Of a stretch of 64,000 bases of DNA, positions 9,051-19,158 are shown in pieces. The stretch is taken from positions 63,427 through 127,426 of the IMG/VR virus record IMGVR_UViG_3300018022_000003; one strand, written 5' to 3'. The DNA comes from a virus. The translations under genes were made by a program, and so were the position numbers. The notes beneath the pieces are model-generated. The model saw only the letters and a list, made by a program, of their open reading frames with translations. It did no database searches and was not told the DNA's origin. The number at the start of each line of letters is the position of its first letter. The first letter of the stretch is position 1.

Positions 9051-9640
9051 GCCCTCATCCAGTCCCTCCTGACCTCTACCCACTCCCCTGGCTGTATCTC
9101 GCTCTCCTCGCTGTACTTGAACATGAAGTCAGGGATGTCCGGCAGCCCGGCGAACAGCCACTCCGTCCCCATCATCACGTTCTGGAGATGGGTGCAGACC
9201 AGGACATGGCCCTCCTCGGGGGCGTCGTAGATTATCTTCTTTATGTCCTCCGTCAGCCTCTCCAGGAAGGAGTTCATGGACTCCCCGTCCTTGGGCGCAA
9301 GGTCCCTGCCAGCCCCGGTGGCCAGGATGTTCAGGACGTCCCTTATCCCCGCTATCTCCCTGCCGTTCAGGATGCCGTAGTTGCGGCTCCTCAGCCCCTC
9401 CAGCTTGGCCACCTTCAGGTCGTACTCGTGCGCCACGCTGGTGGCGAGGATGGACGCCCTCTCCAACGGGCTGCTGTACACCTGCTTGATGCAGGAGTAG
9501 GCCTCCTTCAGCCTCTTCACGATGATGGGTATCTGGGCGAACCCGTCCGGGGACAGGGGTATGTCCAGCCCTCCCCGGAGCCTGACCGGCTCCAGGTTGA
9601 AGGCCGTCTGCGGGTGGCGGAGGAAGACTATCTTCTTCAA
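9047..9640 (-). CDS. second histidine phosphatase superfamily protein
   Basis: TTG start after GGGAG; FLRHPQT, YSSPLERA, DGES, VCTH motifs. Confidence 0.8.
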   Translation of the reverse strand: MKKIVFLRHPQTAFNLEPVRLRGGLDIPLSPDGFAQIPIIVKRLKEAYSCIKQVYSSPLERASILATSVAHEYDLKVAKLEGLRSRNYGILNGREIAGIRDVLNILATGAGRDLAPKDGESMNSFLERLTEDIKKIIYDAPEEGHVLVCTHLQNVMMGTEWLFAGLPDIPDFMFKYSEESEIQPGEWVEVRRDWMRA

Positions 9641-9644
9641 GGGC

Positions 9645-9833
9645 CTACAGCTCCCTCTTGCAGTAGGGGCACCTTCTCGGCCCCGTCGAGTCGTACTCGG
9701 GGCTGGGGTCCTGCCCGCTCGGCAGGCAGAGGAAGCCCCCGGTGCCCGTGATGACGATGCGGAAGGTGCCGTTTGCCAGCGTCTCTGCCGACACCTGCGG
9801 GCTGTCGCCGTTCTCGCCCAGTATGTGCAGCAT
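9645..9833 (-). CDS. small hypothetical protein with C-terminal CxxC
   Basis: RBS and tight packing between flanking genes. Confidence 0.5.
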   Translation of the reverse strand: MLHILGENGDSPQVSAETLANGTFRIVITGTGGFLCLPSGQDPSPEYDSTGPRRCPYCKREL

Positions 9834-9840
9834 GCCCCTC

Positions 9841-10764
9841 CTATCCGAGCAGCCACCTCTGCTGCCTGAGGCCGGCGCTGTAGGGCCGGATGGCGGTGAC
9901 GAGGGGTGCCCACTCCTGGAACTCCTGCTGGTAGGACTGCCCCAGGCTCATGTAGAGCTGGGACTTGTTTATGTCCAGGCTTACCCCGTTGAGGCTGTAG
10001 CTGAACTCGTCCGCCGCCCACCTTGCCCCCTCGGCGGTCAGGCAGGAGGACGCCGCCCCCACCGCTGCGCACTTACCCCAGTCCCTAGGCACGGTGTCCA
10101 GGGTGTAGTTCGTCAGGTTCTTGGGGTTCCAGGTATTGAGCTTGCTGATGCTTATGTCCAGCATCCTCAGTATGGTAGGGTCGAGCCAGATGTACCCTAC
10201 CCTGGTCGTGTACCCCGCCACGACCTTGCCGGGCGTGGGGGGGCGGAAGTGGTAGTTCCTGTCCGGGTTGGTGTCCGACAGCAGCTCCCGGACGTACATG
10301 ACGGCCGGGGCGTACCTGTTGGTCGTCGCTGGCCGGGGGGCGATTATGGCGCTGGGTGCCTCGAAGGAGGAGCTTGCCGGGTCTATGGGCTGGACGATGA
10401 AGTCCTCGAACACCCGGTTCTCCGGCTGCCCCTGGTACTGCACGATGTACCATACCAGGCGGAATATGCCCTTCCAGAGGGTAGGCACCACCATGGGGAC
10501 GTAGTATGCCCCCTGGGAGGCCCTGGCGGGCACCATCTTGGGCTGGCTGGCCAGGATGAGGTCCTTCTCCGGCAGCACCATCATGTGGTTGGGCTGCTCC
10601 AGGTCGTAGTCGTACGCCCGCTGCCCCACCAGGGGGACCTTCTCGGTGACCTGGAATATGGAATAGGTTATAATGGCGGGGTCTATGAGCGCCCCGTTCG
10701 AGTCCCTCACCAGGATGCTGAGGTCCCCCGGTCCTAGCCGCTTCCCCTGCGTTACGGTCTCCAT
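9841..10764 (-). CDS. putative head-tail adaptor protein
   Basis: VRELLSD..DEFSYSLNGVSLDINKS pattern typical of neck/adaptor proteins; context. Confidence 0.5.
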   Translation of the reverse strand: METVTQGKRLGPGDLSILVRDSNGALIDPAIITYSIFQVTEKVPLVGQRAYDYDLEQPNHMMVLPEKDLILASQPKMVPARASQGAYYVPMVVPTLWKGIFRLVWYIVQYQGQPENRVFEDFIVQPIDPASSSFEAPSAIIAPRPATTNRYAPAVMYVRELLSDTNPDRNYHFRPPTPGKVVAGYTTRVGYIWLDPTILRMLDISISKLNTWNPKNLTNYTLDTVPRDWGKCAAVGAASSCLTAEGARWAADEFSYSLNGVSLDINKSQLYMSLGQSYQQEFQEWAPLVTAIRPYSAGLRQQRWLLG

Positions 10765-10877
10765 GCTGCTCCCCTGCATAGGATAACGGTAGCCAAAACA
10801 CGACTTTTACCTGCCTCTAGTAGGGGCGTCCCTGCGGCAGAGGCGGCCCTGCCCCGAGGGCAGGGGGAGGAAAGCAG

Positions 10878-11294
10878 ATGGCAGTCTATTCGTTCAGGTG
10901 CGGCAAGTGCGGTACGGTCCTGGAGGAGCTTATGCCCATGGCGACCGCCACCTTCGAGGACCGGCCCTGCCCGGTCAGGGGGTGCGGGGGCATGTGCCTC
11001 TACCAGCTCAGGGGGGCACCCTCCCTGGGCACGGAGGGCATGGCAAACGCAGCCTTCGACGTGAAGGTGGGGGCGGACGCCGAGAGGCGCTGGGCGAGGA
11101 TTAGGGCCCGGCAGGAGAAGAGGAACAAGATACGGCAGGAGGCTGGGTCGGGGGCGCTGTCCGCCACTACCCACGAGGACTGGCGGCCTGTGCCGGGGGC
11201 AAGGCTCCGGGAGCTGGAGATACCCCCCAAGGCCCAAGACCAGATAGTCATCCTGATGAAAACGGGGGAGAAAAACAGACTTCCGTCCCCCTAA
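10878..11294 (+). CDS. FmdB-like zinc-ribbon protein
   Basis: MAVYSFRCGKCG...CP..C N-terminus. Confidence 0.75.
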   Translation: MAVYSFRCGKCGTVLEELMPMATATFEDRPCPVRGCGGMCLYQLRGAPSLGTEGMANAAFDVKVGADAERRWARIRARQEKRNKIRQEAGSGALSATTHEDWRPVPGARLRELEIPPKAQDQIVILMKTGEKNRLPSP

Positions 11295-11339
11295 TAGAGA
11301 GAGAATCAGGCGGCAGCCTGCCGCCAAGGAGAACTGGCC

Positions 11340-14300
11340 ATGGCACTTTTCGGTTCCTACGCACCCCCTGGGGTATACACCTCGGTCGTCATCAGCGGAG
11401 CGGGCATACCGCTCTTTGGGAACGTCCGCATCCCTGTCGTAATCGGGGAGGGCCAGGAGTTCTTCGAGCAGGACAACGTGGAGCTGCACCGTGGCTCTAG
11501 CTCGGTGGCCGACGAGCAGGTCGTGAACGAGAACATCAGCGACCAGGTCACTGACATAACCAACCACCTGCACTGCACCTACTTCCCGGTAGTTATCGGG
11601 GACGGCACGGGGACGGTCACCGACGACCCGAGCAAGGTGCAGGTCGTGGTGGACGGCATCCCTGCCACGGTCATCCAGCTCGACGGGACGACCGGCGACT
11701 TTTATACCCAGGAGCTAATCACCCCTGGCCAGAACGTCGAGATTACCTACTATTTCAAGCGGACCGACACCCTCATCTCCAACGAGGACGAGTCCGACCA
11801 GGTCCCGAGCTTCGCTGCATGGCAGGCCTACGACACCAACCAGAACTACCTCCCCATCAGCGTCCAGCTCCCCGGTGTGACCGGCAGCAACGTCACGGTC
11901 ATCGTCACGGACGACACCCTGGACTCCCCTCCGGGGACGGGCGTCCTGGACACGCAGGCCATCGGCGGGGCGGGCACGGACACCATCACCCTCGACATCG
12001 CCAAGGTAGGGGGCGGCAAGCGTACCCTCCATGACTTCTACAACCTCATCCAGGCGGGCATCCCCACCAACGACGCTGGCTACCTGACGGCCCAGCCCCC
12101 GGTCCTGGCAGGCTCCCCCCCGGTCCTCTCCGCCATGTACCCGGCCACCTACAGGCTCCAGGGCGGATACGGCCCCAACACCAACAAGGTGTTCAAGGTT
12201 CAGCACGTCCCCATCGTGGACGGCAGCAACGGCGGCGTGGTCACCACCGACCCGACCAAGGTCGAGGCTCTGGTGAACGGCTCCAAGGCCACAGTCTCGG
12301 CGGTGGACGGCCAGCATGGCCTGGTCACCCTGGCGAACGGCGTAGTGGCGGGCAGCACGCTTACCCTTACCTACTACACCAACACCTACCAGAACACCTA
12401 CGACCTCCTCCCGGCATCCAGCGTCTCCTCCATCGTCGAGGTCGGCCTCGGCCCCAACCGGGCGGACTTTATCGAGGACACGGACTATGTCCTGGGGAAG
12501 GACTCCAGCGGCAACGACACCATCAACTGGGGTGCCAGCACCACCACCGCCGTGGGGCAGTCCACTACCGGCTACACCCCCTTCGGCCCCGTCCAGATTA
12601 AGACTACCCTGGTGGACGAAAGGGTATGGCTGCGGCCTACCATCAGGGGTTCCTGCAACGGCACGAACCTGGTCTTCACCCTGCCGGACAGCCCTACCGA
12701 CCATGGCACGGTTACGGACGACCCGACCAAGATAATGGTCTTCGTGGGCGTCAACCCCGTGGAGGCCCTGGACAACTACCTGCCCGGCACCTCCGAGCGG
12801 GTCATCACCCTCTCTGGCAGCACAGGGGACTTCACCCTCTACAAGGCCCCCCTGCTGGGCACCCACGTCTATGCCAGCTACTACCGGAACACCCTGAACG
12901 ACCACAGCTACACGGCCACGGTCGTCAACCCCGGCATACCGGGGCAGGGCACCTACACCGTCAAGGACGAGGTCAGCAGGGTGCTCCCTGTGGCCTGGTT
13001 CGATGCCCCCAGCAGCAGCGTCACCCAGTCGGGCGAGTTCGCCCAGACGGGCATCGTCTGGCCCTATGCCTTCCCGGACCTGTACGACTCCCCCGGCGAG
13101 GTGGACGAGACCGTCACCCTGACCTTCCAGGACGATGGCCTGCACCGTGACGCCAACCCAGGGGCGCAGGCCTACCTCACGACCCAGGGCATCCTGTTCT
13201 TCTGCACCACGCCCGGAGTGGGGGGCGACGCTATCAGCGTGGCCTTCAACACCACTGGCACCTATGGGGTAGTGGTCGCAGGCAACGGCATCACCTTCAA
13301 CGGCGTCACCACTACCACCCAGGTACTCGCCCTGGCCGGGGCAGGCATCAGCACCACCTTCGGCACCGTCCTTGCCCAGCTCGTCACGGTAGGCTCCGTC
13401 AGCACGGCGGCGGCCCTCAACCTGGACGGCGGCGTTGACCCGAGCGACCCCGAGCCGTACTCCATCCGCTACATCGTCACCTCCTCCAGCCCCAAGGGGT
13501 CCAGCGGCATGGGCTACCTCGACCAGACCTACATCGACCAGAACACAGGGTTCAAGCTCACCGTCGTCAGCCCGCAGGACGCCCTGGACTACGGGTACCA
13601 GTCCCTCCCCGACCCGCAGTACACCTTCGAGCCGGGGGACACGCTGGTGTTCCAGGTCAGCAGCGAGCAGGCCCGCTACACGGGCACTACCTACTCCCCG
13701 TACAGCCTGTCCCAGCCCAACAACCTGGTCTGCATCGCCGGCCTCCAGACCGAGGTCATCACCACCTTCGGTGCCAACACCGGGGACACCGCTATCATCC
13801 AGACCTTCAACAAGTCCGGGAACGAGCCGGCCATCGGCGAGTACTACTTCGTCTCCTTCCAGACCGACAAGACGCCCGCCGACATGGCCATCAAGCTGTA
13901 CAGCAAGGCCTCCGACGCCTATGCCGCCTACGGGCAGCCCACTACCGTCAACCGCCTGTCCCTGGGCGTCCAGTTCCTCACCCAGAACGGGGCGCAGCAG
14001 TTCGGGTGCATCCAGGTCCCGAAGCAGCCCGGCATGAACACCGGCTCGGACGCCAACTTCATCGCAGCCATCCAGACGCTAACCACGGCGCTCCCCGGCA
14101 GCACCCAGAAGGCCAACGTCATCGTGCCGCTGAGCACCAGCACCACGGTCCACCAGTTCCTCAGCAGGCAGCTCATCACCCAGGCCAACGTGAGGAACAA
14201 GGGGGAGGCAATCGGGTTCGTGGGGTACAGCACCTACACCGACCCGAACACCGCCAGGGCTAACGCCCGTGCCCTCAAGAACGCCCGCATGATTGCCATA

Positions 14301-14888
14301 GGCATGCCTGCGGCCGCCGTCCTCCTGACCGACTCCCAGACCGGGCTGTCGCTGGAGTACGCCGTCAGCGGCGAGTTCATGGCAGCGGCGATGGCAGGGC
14401 TTAACACCAACCCGGCCAACGACGTGGCGACCACCCTGACCAACCAGGACCTCGTCGGGTTCAGCAGGCTGCTCGTGCAGTACGACGACGCAACCATGAA
14501 CCTGATGGCCTCGGACGGGCTGGTCTGCCTCACCAACAACAACGGGGCGCTCTACATCCGCCACTACAAGAGCACGGACCCGAGCAACCCCATCACCTCG
14601 GAGCCGACCTGCACCACGGTCACCGACTACGTCTGCCAGCAGTTCCGCATCGACCTCCAGCAGTTCATCGGGAGGAAGATGGTGGACGGCCTGACCACGG
14701 ACATCCAGGTGGTAAGCGACGCCAGGCTGAAGTCCTTGCAGAACAACCAGATAATCTCTGGCTACAAGAACCTCGTTGTGGTCCAGGACCCGACGGACCC
14801 GACCACGGTGGACGTGACGGTCACGTTCAAGCCGATGTTCAGCCTGCTCTACATCTCGGTCACCTTCACCGTGACCACGACACTGTAA
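11340..14888 (+). CDS. contractile tail sheath protein with large inserted domains (1182 aa)
   Basis: YAPPGVY N-terminus; C-terminal sheath fold (AAAMAG..GFSRL..GLVCL..TTVTDYV..FIGRK..VTVTFKPMFSLLYISVTF). Confidence 0.85.
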   Translation: MALFGSYAPPGVYTSVVISGAGIPLFGNVRIPVVIGEGQEFFEQDNVELHRGSSSVADEQVVNENISDQVTDITNHLHCTYFPVVIGDGTGTVTDDPSKVQVVVDGIPATVIQLDGTTGDFYTQELITPGQNVEITYYFKRTDTLISNEDESDQVPSFAAWQAYDTNQNYLPISVQLPGVTGSNVTVIVTDDTLDSPPGTGVLDTQAIGGAGTDTITLDIAKVGGGKRTLHDFYNLIQAGIPTNDAGYLTAQPPVLAGSPPVLSAMYPATYRLQGGYGPNTNKVFKVQHVPIVDGSNGGVVTTDPTKVEALVNGSKATVSAVDGQHGLVTLANGVVAGSTLTLTYYTNTYQNTYDLLPASSVSSIVEVGLGPNRADFIEDTDYVLGKDSSGNDTINWGASTTTAVGQSTTGYTPFGPVQIKTTLVDERVWLRPTIRGSCNGTNLVFTLPDSPTDHGTVTDDPTKIMVFVGVNPVEALDNYLPGTSERVITLSGSTGDFTLYKAPLLGTHVYASYYRNTLNDHSYTATVVNPGIPGQGTYTVKDEVSRVLPVAWFDAPSSSVTQSGEFAQTGIVWPYAFPDLYDSPGEVDETVTLTFQDDGLHRDANPGAQAYLTTQGILFFCTTPGVGGDAISVAFNTTGTYGVVVAGNGITFNGVTTTTQVLALAGAGISTTFGTVLAQLVTVGSVSTAAALNLDGGVDPSDPEPYSIRYIVTSSSPKGSSGMGYLDQTYIDQNTGFKLTVVSPQDALDYGYQSLPDPQYTFEPGDTLVFQVSSEQARYTGTTYSPYSLSQPNNLVCIAGLQTEVITTFGANTGDTAIIQTFNKSGNEPAIGEYYFVSFQTDKTPADMAIKLYSKASDAYAAYGQPTTVNRLSLGVQFLTQNGAQQFGCIQVPKQPGMNTGSDANFIAAIQTLTTALPGSTQKANVIVPLSTSTTVHQFLSRQLITQANVRNKGEAIGFVGYSTYTDPNTARANARALKNARMIAIGMPAAAVLLTDSQTGLSLEYAVSGEFMAAAMAGLNTNPANDVATTLTNQDLVGFSRLLVQYDDATMNLMASDGLVCLTNNNGALYIRHYKSTDPSNPITSEPTCTTVTDYVCQQFRIDLQQFIGRKMVDGLTTDIQVVSDARLKSLQNNQIISGYKNLVVVQDPTDPTTVDVTVTFKPMFSLLYISVTFTVTTTL

Positions 14889-14945
14889 GGAAAGACATGG
14901 GGGAGAAGGCAGGCACCTTCTCCCCCGTGACGACAAGGTGGCAGA

Positions 14946-15410
14946 ATGCAGATAAATCCAGTCGTTACACAGGCAGGCGGGGTAATCAGCGTCCGCCTCC
15001 AGGCCTTGTTCATCGGCGACCCCACGGACGCCACGGACAAGACCCTGATTGCGGCGTATGGGGACCCGCAGATATCGCTGGTCGGGAACGGCACCTTCGT
15101 AGGGCCGGTGCCCAATGCCAGCCCCCCGGCCACCTTCAGCTTCACCTTCCCCAGCAGCGAGTACTACGTGGGGATAACGACCAAGATGTCCTCCCAGAGC
15201 CTCCGGTTCATGACGTCGCTGCCGACCGTACCCCCGCTCGGCAACCCCAATGCACCGGCACCCATGCAGGGGCCGCTGGACTGCATCACCATCTACCCTG
15301 CGGCCGCACTGGACATCTGGTACACAGCGATGGTCAATGCCATCACTACGGCCATGACGGCCCTGAGGAACCTTGCCCCCGTGCCGCCCCTGCCGCCAGT
15401 GGACGTTTAG
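14946..15410 (+). CDS. hypothetical, probably virion protein
   Basis: Follows sheath in the operon. Confidence 0.55.
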   Translation: MQINPVVTQAGGVISVRLQALFIGDPTDATDKTLIAAYGDPQISLVGNGTFVGPVPNASPPATFSFTFPSSEYYVGITTKMSSQSLRFMTSLPTVPPLGNPNAPAPMQGPLDCITIYPAAALDIWYTAMVNAITTAMTALRNLAPVPPLPPVDV

Positions 15411-15420
15411 AGGAGCCAAG

Positions 15421-17040
15421 ATGAAGTCGAACCTCATAGCTCGCCGCAAGAAGGCCGCCCTGGCATCCGCAGGGAACGACCCCTGGGTAACCGACCGGGA
15501 CGAGAAGGCGGACGCCAAGGCCCCGGAGACCGCAGAGGTCCCCAGGCTGGCCGCCGAGTCCAAGACCGCCCAGCCCGTCCCAGGAGCGCCCCCTGCTGCC
15601 CCTGCCCCTGCCGCAGCCCCGGCTCCTCCCCCTGCATCCCCGGCCCCTCACGGAGGGGGGGCGGTTGACCTCACCCAGATATCCAGCGAGGGGCTTGCCA
15701 AGATGATAAAGGCCCTTTCCGGCGTCAACGACCTGCTGAACGACAAGGCCCTCCTGGCGGTCATCGAGAAGGCTACGGAGCTTCTCAAGGGCCGCCCCGC
15801 CGAGCCTGAGGCACCTGCCCAGGCACCCGCCCCCAGGGCGGCATCGGCGAAGAAGGCCTGGAGCGGGGAGGACATGGAGATGGCCGACCGCCCCTGGGAG
15901 CAGGATAACTACGACCAGAACAACATGAACGAGCCGTCCGTCCCCTCCTGTAACCAGTGCGAGATGCTCAGTATCAACGGCGTCAACTGCCACGAGACCG
16001 GGTGCCCGAACGAGGGCAAGACGTGGTCCCCGGAGCGCCAGGAGTGGGTGCGCTACAACAAGTGCCCCGAGTGCGGCAGCGAGGTCGAGGAAGGACAGGC
16101 GTGCGACTGTATGGCACCTAGCATGGAGCACTTCTGCCTCGGGGGCCTGAACGTCGCCTCCTTCGAGAAGGAGGCAGTGACACCCCCAGGCATCAGCGAG
16201 GAGACGATGCACGAGCTTAAGGCCGACCCCGGCATCGACGAGCCTTACGCCGTGGCCTGGAGCATCCACAACAAGAAGAAGGAGGGCAGCTTCCTGGTCA
16301 CCGCCGTGACCCCGCCCGGCATCAGCGAGGGGAAGATGCACGAGCTGAAGGACCAGTACCCCGGCAACCCCGAGGCGGCATACGCCACTGCCTGGAAGAT
16401 TCACAACGAGAAGGAGGGCAGCGACAGGACCGCTGCCGGTGCCGAGGGTAGCTGGTGGGTGAACGTGAAGGACCAGACCGGCAAGGTAGAGGAGTCCGGG
16501 GGCAGGACCCCGGAGGTCGAGGAGGCCCACGGCAAGGTGGACGAGAAGCCCGCCAAGCTGGACCGCCCCGAGACCACCCTCCCCGAGAAGCTGGCGGCAG
16601 AAAGGCAGTACTGCACGAACTGCCACAAGGATATGGACACAAAGACAGCCCATGGGGTAACCCACTGCACGGGCTGCGACAAGGTCCTGTTCACCAGCCC
16701 CTCGGCCCAGGGAGGCTCGCTGTCGGGCACGGGGAAGAAGGCCGCAGACGGCCCCATGAAGGCCAGCACGGCGCTCAAGAGGGTCGAGACCCTGGCCGAC
16801 CGCCTCAAGGAGATGTACCTGGACGCCAAGGAGGTATGCGACGCCAACGACTCCCGGCCCGTCCGGGAGGCGGTAGAGGCGATATACCGGGCGTACGACC
16901 TGCTCGGGACCGCCGCCAAGGTGCTGGGGAAGCAGGACATGCAGGAGAAGGCCGAGGCCGACGCCATCGAGGCGAAGGGCAAGGCGAAGAAGAAGAAGGG
17001 GGGCCTGCTGGACAGCCTGGTGCTGGCCGCCGCCGAGTAG
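15421..17040 (+). CDS. modular acidic/charged probable head-internal protein
   Basis: GGAG RBS; tandem VTPPGISE repeats, Cys clusters, K-x-A motifs. Confidence 0.65.
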   Translation: MKSNLIARRKKAALASAGNDPWVTDRDEKADAKAPETAEVPRLAAESKTAQPVPGAPPAAPAPAAAPAPPPASPAPHGGGAVDLTQISSEGLAKMIKALSGVNDLLNDKALLAVIEKATELLKGRPAEPEAPAQAPAPRAASAKKAWSGEDMEMADRPWEQDNYDQNNMNEPSVPSCNQCEMLSINGVNCHETGCPNEGKTWSPERQEWVRYNKCPECGSEVEEGQACDCMAPSMEHFCLGGLNVASFEKEAVTPPGISEETMHELKADPGIDEPYAVAWSIHNKKKEGSFLVTAVTPPGISEGKMHELKDQYPGNPEAAYATAWKIHNEKEGSDRTAAGAEGSWWVNVKDQTGKVEESGGRTPEVEEAHGKVDEKPAKLDRPETTLPEKLAAERQYCTNCHKDMDTKTAHGVTHCTGCDKVLFTSPSAQGGSLSGTGKKAADGPMKASTALKRVETLADRLKEMYLDAKEVCDANDSRPVREAVEAIYRAYDLLGTAAKVLGKQDMQEKAEADAIEAKGKAKKKKGGLLDSLVLAAAE

Positions 17041-17114
17041 GCGACTGCGAGCAAAAGGACTTCCGGGGCTTTGATTAGGAACGCCGGCCAGCAGGGCCGG
17101 ACAGGAGGAAAGAC

Positions 17115-17807
17115 ATGGCGCAGGGCGGTTACATCTACCAGCAGGGGGCAAGCCCCCAGACTGAGTCCGTCATCTCCAGCCGCTTCAAGATTTTCACCGA
17201 CGTCGTCGGCGTCGGCAAGTTCGTGAAGCTCGGGGTGACGTCCCAGTTCAACATCTCCGAGACCAGGACGGTCGAGGCGATACGTGGCCTCGGGTACGGC
17301 GACCAGGTCGCCGAGCTGGTGCCCGGCGTCACCGAGCCGCTGAGCGTCACCATCCAGCGCACATGCCTCTACCTTGCCAACATCATGCAGGTGCTCGGCT
17401 ACAAGGCGGGCGTCTCGGGCGGGGTGCGGTCCATCCGTCACCACAGGTGGCCGTTCGACATCAAGACCGAGATTGTGTTCAGCCAGCTAGCCTCCGAGGA
17501 CCCGGCGAACGCCGCAGGCACGGGCGGGGGCACCCCCGACCTGACGAAGGCCGACATCCCGAATGAGGGCGGCTTCAACAACCTCGGCAACCCTGGCCTG
17601 TACGCCGTGGCCACGGTGTACGAGGGCTGCTGGATTAGCAACTACACCACGGGGTACGTCATCGAGACGGCGGCCGTCAACGAGAACGTGACCATCTCGG
17701 TCACCGACATCTTCGACGTGTCCGGGACCGTCTACGGCGAGTTCCTCGACAGCGGCCTGAACAGCGGCGACGCCACCGGGCGCAGCCTGCTGTACTCGAT
17801 ATCCTAA
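17115..17807 (+). CDS. tail tube protein
   Basis: G-V..F..SE.R.VE.IRG.G...ELVPG..and YEGCWI..Y..E.VTI pattern; downstream of sheath. Confidence 0.75.
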   Translation: MAQGGYIYQQGASPQTESVISSRFKIFTDVVGVGKFVKLGVTSQFNISETRTVEAIRGLGYGDQVAELVPGVTEPLSVTIQRTCLYLANIMQVLGYKAGVSGGVRSIRHHRWPFDIKTEIVFSQLASEDPANAAGTGGGTPDLTKADIPNEGGFNNLGNPGLYAVATVYEGCWISNYTTGYVIETAAVNENVTISVTDIFDVSGTVYGEFLDSGLNSGDATGRSLLYSIS

Positions 17808-17862
17808 GCAAAAGCTAGTATTTAAGCTCTGGCTCTTGAATCCTTTGCGGAGGTGCGGGCGG

Positions 17863-18120
17863 ATGCCAGGGAAGGTGGTCCGTGAGCAGGCCTGGGTGAA
17901 CGTGTCCCCGGCCCGCAAGTGCTGGAGGCTGGTCTACAACACCAAGACCAGGAGAGTGTTCATCCTCTTCGAGAAGGAGGGGCTGACCAAGACCTTCCAG
18001 GCCATGTTCTGCTCCGACCCCACCGACGACGAGCCAGGCTCCGTCACTAGCAGGGAGGGCAGGGAGCAGTGCCTAGAGCATGCCAGGAGGCTGGGCCTGG
18101 ACATCCGCAGCCGCCGATAG
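17863..18120 (+). CDS. hypothetical protein
   Basis: GGAGG RBS. Confidence 0.55.
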   Translation: MPGKVVREQAWVNVSPARKCWRLVYNTKTRRVFILFEKEGLTKTFQAMFCSDPTDDEPGSVTSREGREQCLEHARRLGLDIRSRR

Positions 18121-18155
18121 AATCCCCCCGCCAATAGTGTATCCCGATGTATACT
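18120..18155 (+). promoter_or_regulatory. GAATCC-N24-TATACT promoter
   Basis: GAATCC at 18120-18125, TATACT at 18150-18155. Confidence 0.75.
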
Positions 18156-18178
18156 ACCCGTAGGAGGATACACCCGAT

Positions 18179-18742
18179 ATGGCGACCATCACTATAGGCA
18201 AGGCCCCCCGGCTGGCAATATCCAACATCAAGTCGCACCGTGGCATGGAGGGCCCTACCCTGGACTGCGACCTCTACCTCGACGGCAGGAAGGTCGGCTA
18301 CTGCATCGACGACGGGAACGGCGGCGGGATGTACTTCAACTGGGCAGGGTACAGCCCCGACCTGTCCCCCGAGGAGTCGGGACGCAGGGAACGGGAGAAC
18401 GAGGAGGCCGTGGAGCAGTACATCACCAGCCTCAGCCTGCCCCCGGAGGTAGTCACCGGCATAGGCCCCGAGCCGTTCGAGATGAAGCAGGACCTTGAGC
18501 ACCTCGTCAACGAGGCGGCTGGCAAGTGGGAGGAGGAGAAGACGCAGCAGGCGCAGTTCGCACGCCTTGCCAAGGGCAAGGTCCTCTTTCGCATGCCCGG
18601 CGAGCCAACGGACAAGTTCTGGACGATGGCGCTCAAGAGCAGGGGCAAGGTATGGACGGTGGAGCAGGTGAAGGCCGCCGTTGTCAAGCGCTACCCTGGG
18701 GCCATCTTCATCGAGACCTTCGAGCAGTTTATCGGAAAATAA
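18179..18742 (+). CDS. conserved phage hypothetical protein (probably early)
   Basis: AGGAGG RBS; LYLDGRKVG..DDGNGG motif. Confidence 0.75.
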   Translation: MATITIGKAPRLAISNIKSHRGMEGPTLDCDLYLDGRKVGYCIDDGNGGGMYFNWAGYSPDLSPEESGRRERENEEAVEQYITSLSLPPEVVTGIGPEPFEMKQDLEHLVNEAAGKWEEEKTQQAQFARLAKGKVLFRMPGEPTDKFWTMALKSRGKVWTVEQVKAAVVKRYPGAIFIETFEQFIGK

Positions 18743-19106
18743 CACTTCCTCGGGCTTGGTAGTATACCCTGCCTAGCAGTCTCCTGCATCTCCTGGAGGG
18801 ACGCTGCGTCAGGAAGGCACAGCGCCTCCCCCTCTCGTAGGGAATCCTCTTCCCACCCCACTGGCCCGACGTCGGGTCGGCTATCCTGCCGTCCTGGTGC
18901 TCCAGGAACCAGTGGGTCCACCCCCTCCCGCTTATCACCTTAGGGTAGAATCCCCTCTTCTTCCCCCATAGGTACCAGAGTGTCTCTGCCCCCAGGTAGC
19001 AGTGCCCGAAGGTTGGGTGGTCAGACGCCTTCTTCCTCCCCCTCCACTCTCTGCTCAGCAGGTCGTCCGACAGGGAGGCGTGTATCAGGCCCATCACCGT
19101 CCTCAT
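18729..19106 (-). CDS. hypothetical protein with possible Cys-His-Asp triad
   Basis: GHCY, THWFL, DPT motifs. Confidence 0.65.
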   Translation of the reverse strand: MRTVMGLIHASLSDDLLSREWRGRKKASDHPTFGHCYLGAETLWYLWGKKRGFYPKVISGRGWTHWFLEHQDGRIADPTSGQWGGKRIPYERGRRCAFLTQRPSRRCRRLLGRVYYQARGSVIFR

Positions 19107-19158
19107 ACTCCTGGAATACCCGAAAACCCGCTATACGCTGCTTTAATTGAGGAGAACC

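Noticed and set aside
17839-17844. Extra GAATCC before 17863
   Set aside because: No TATA-like -10 lies 24-25 nt downstream.
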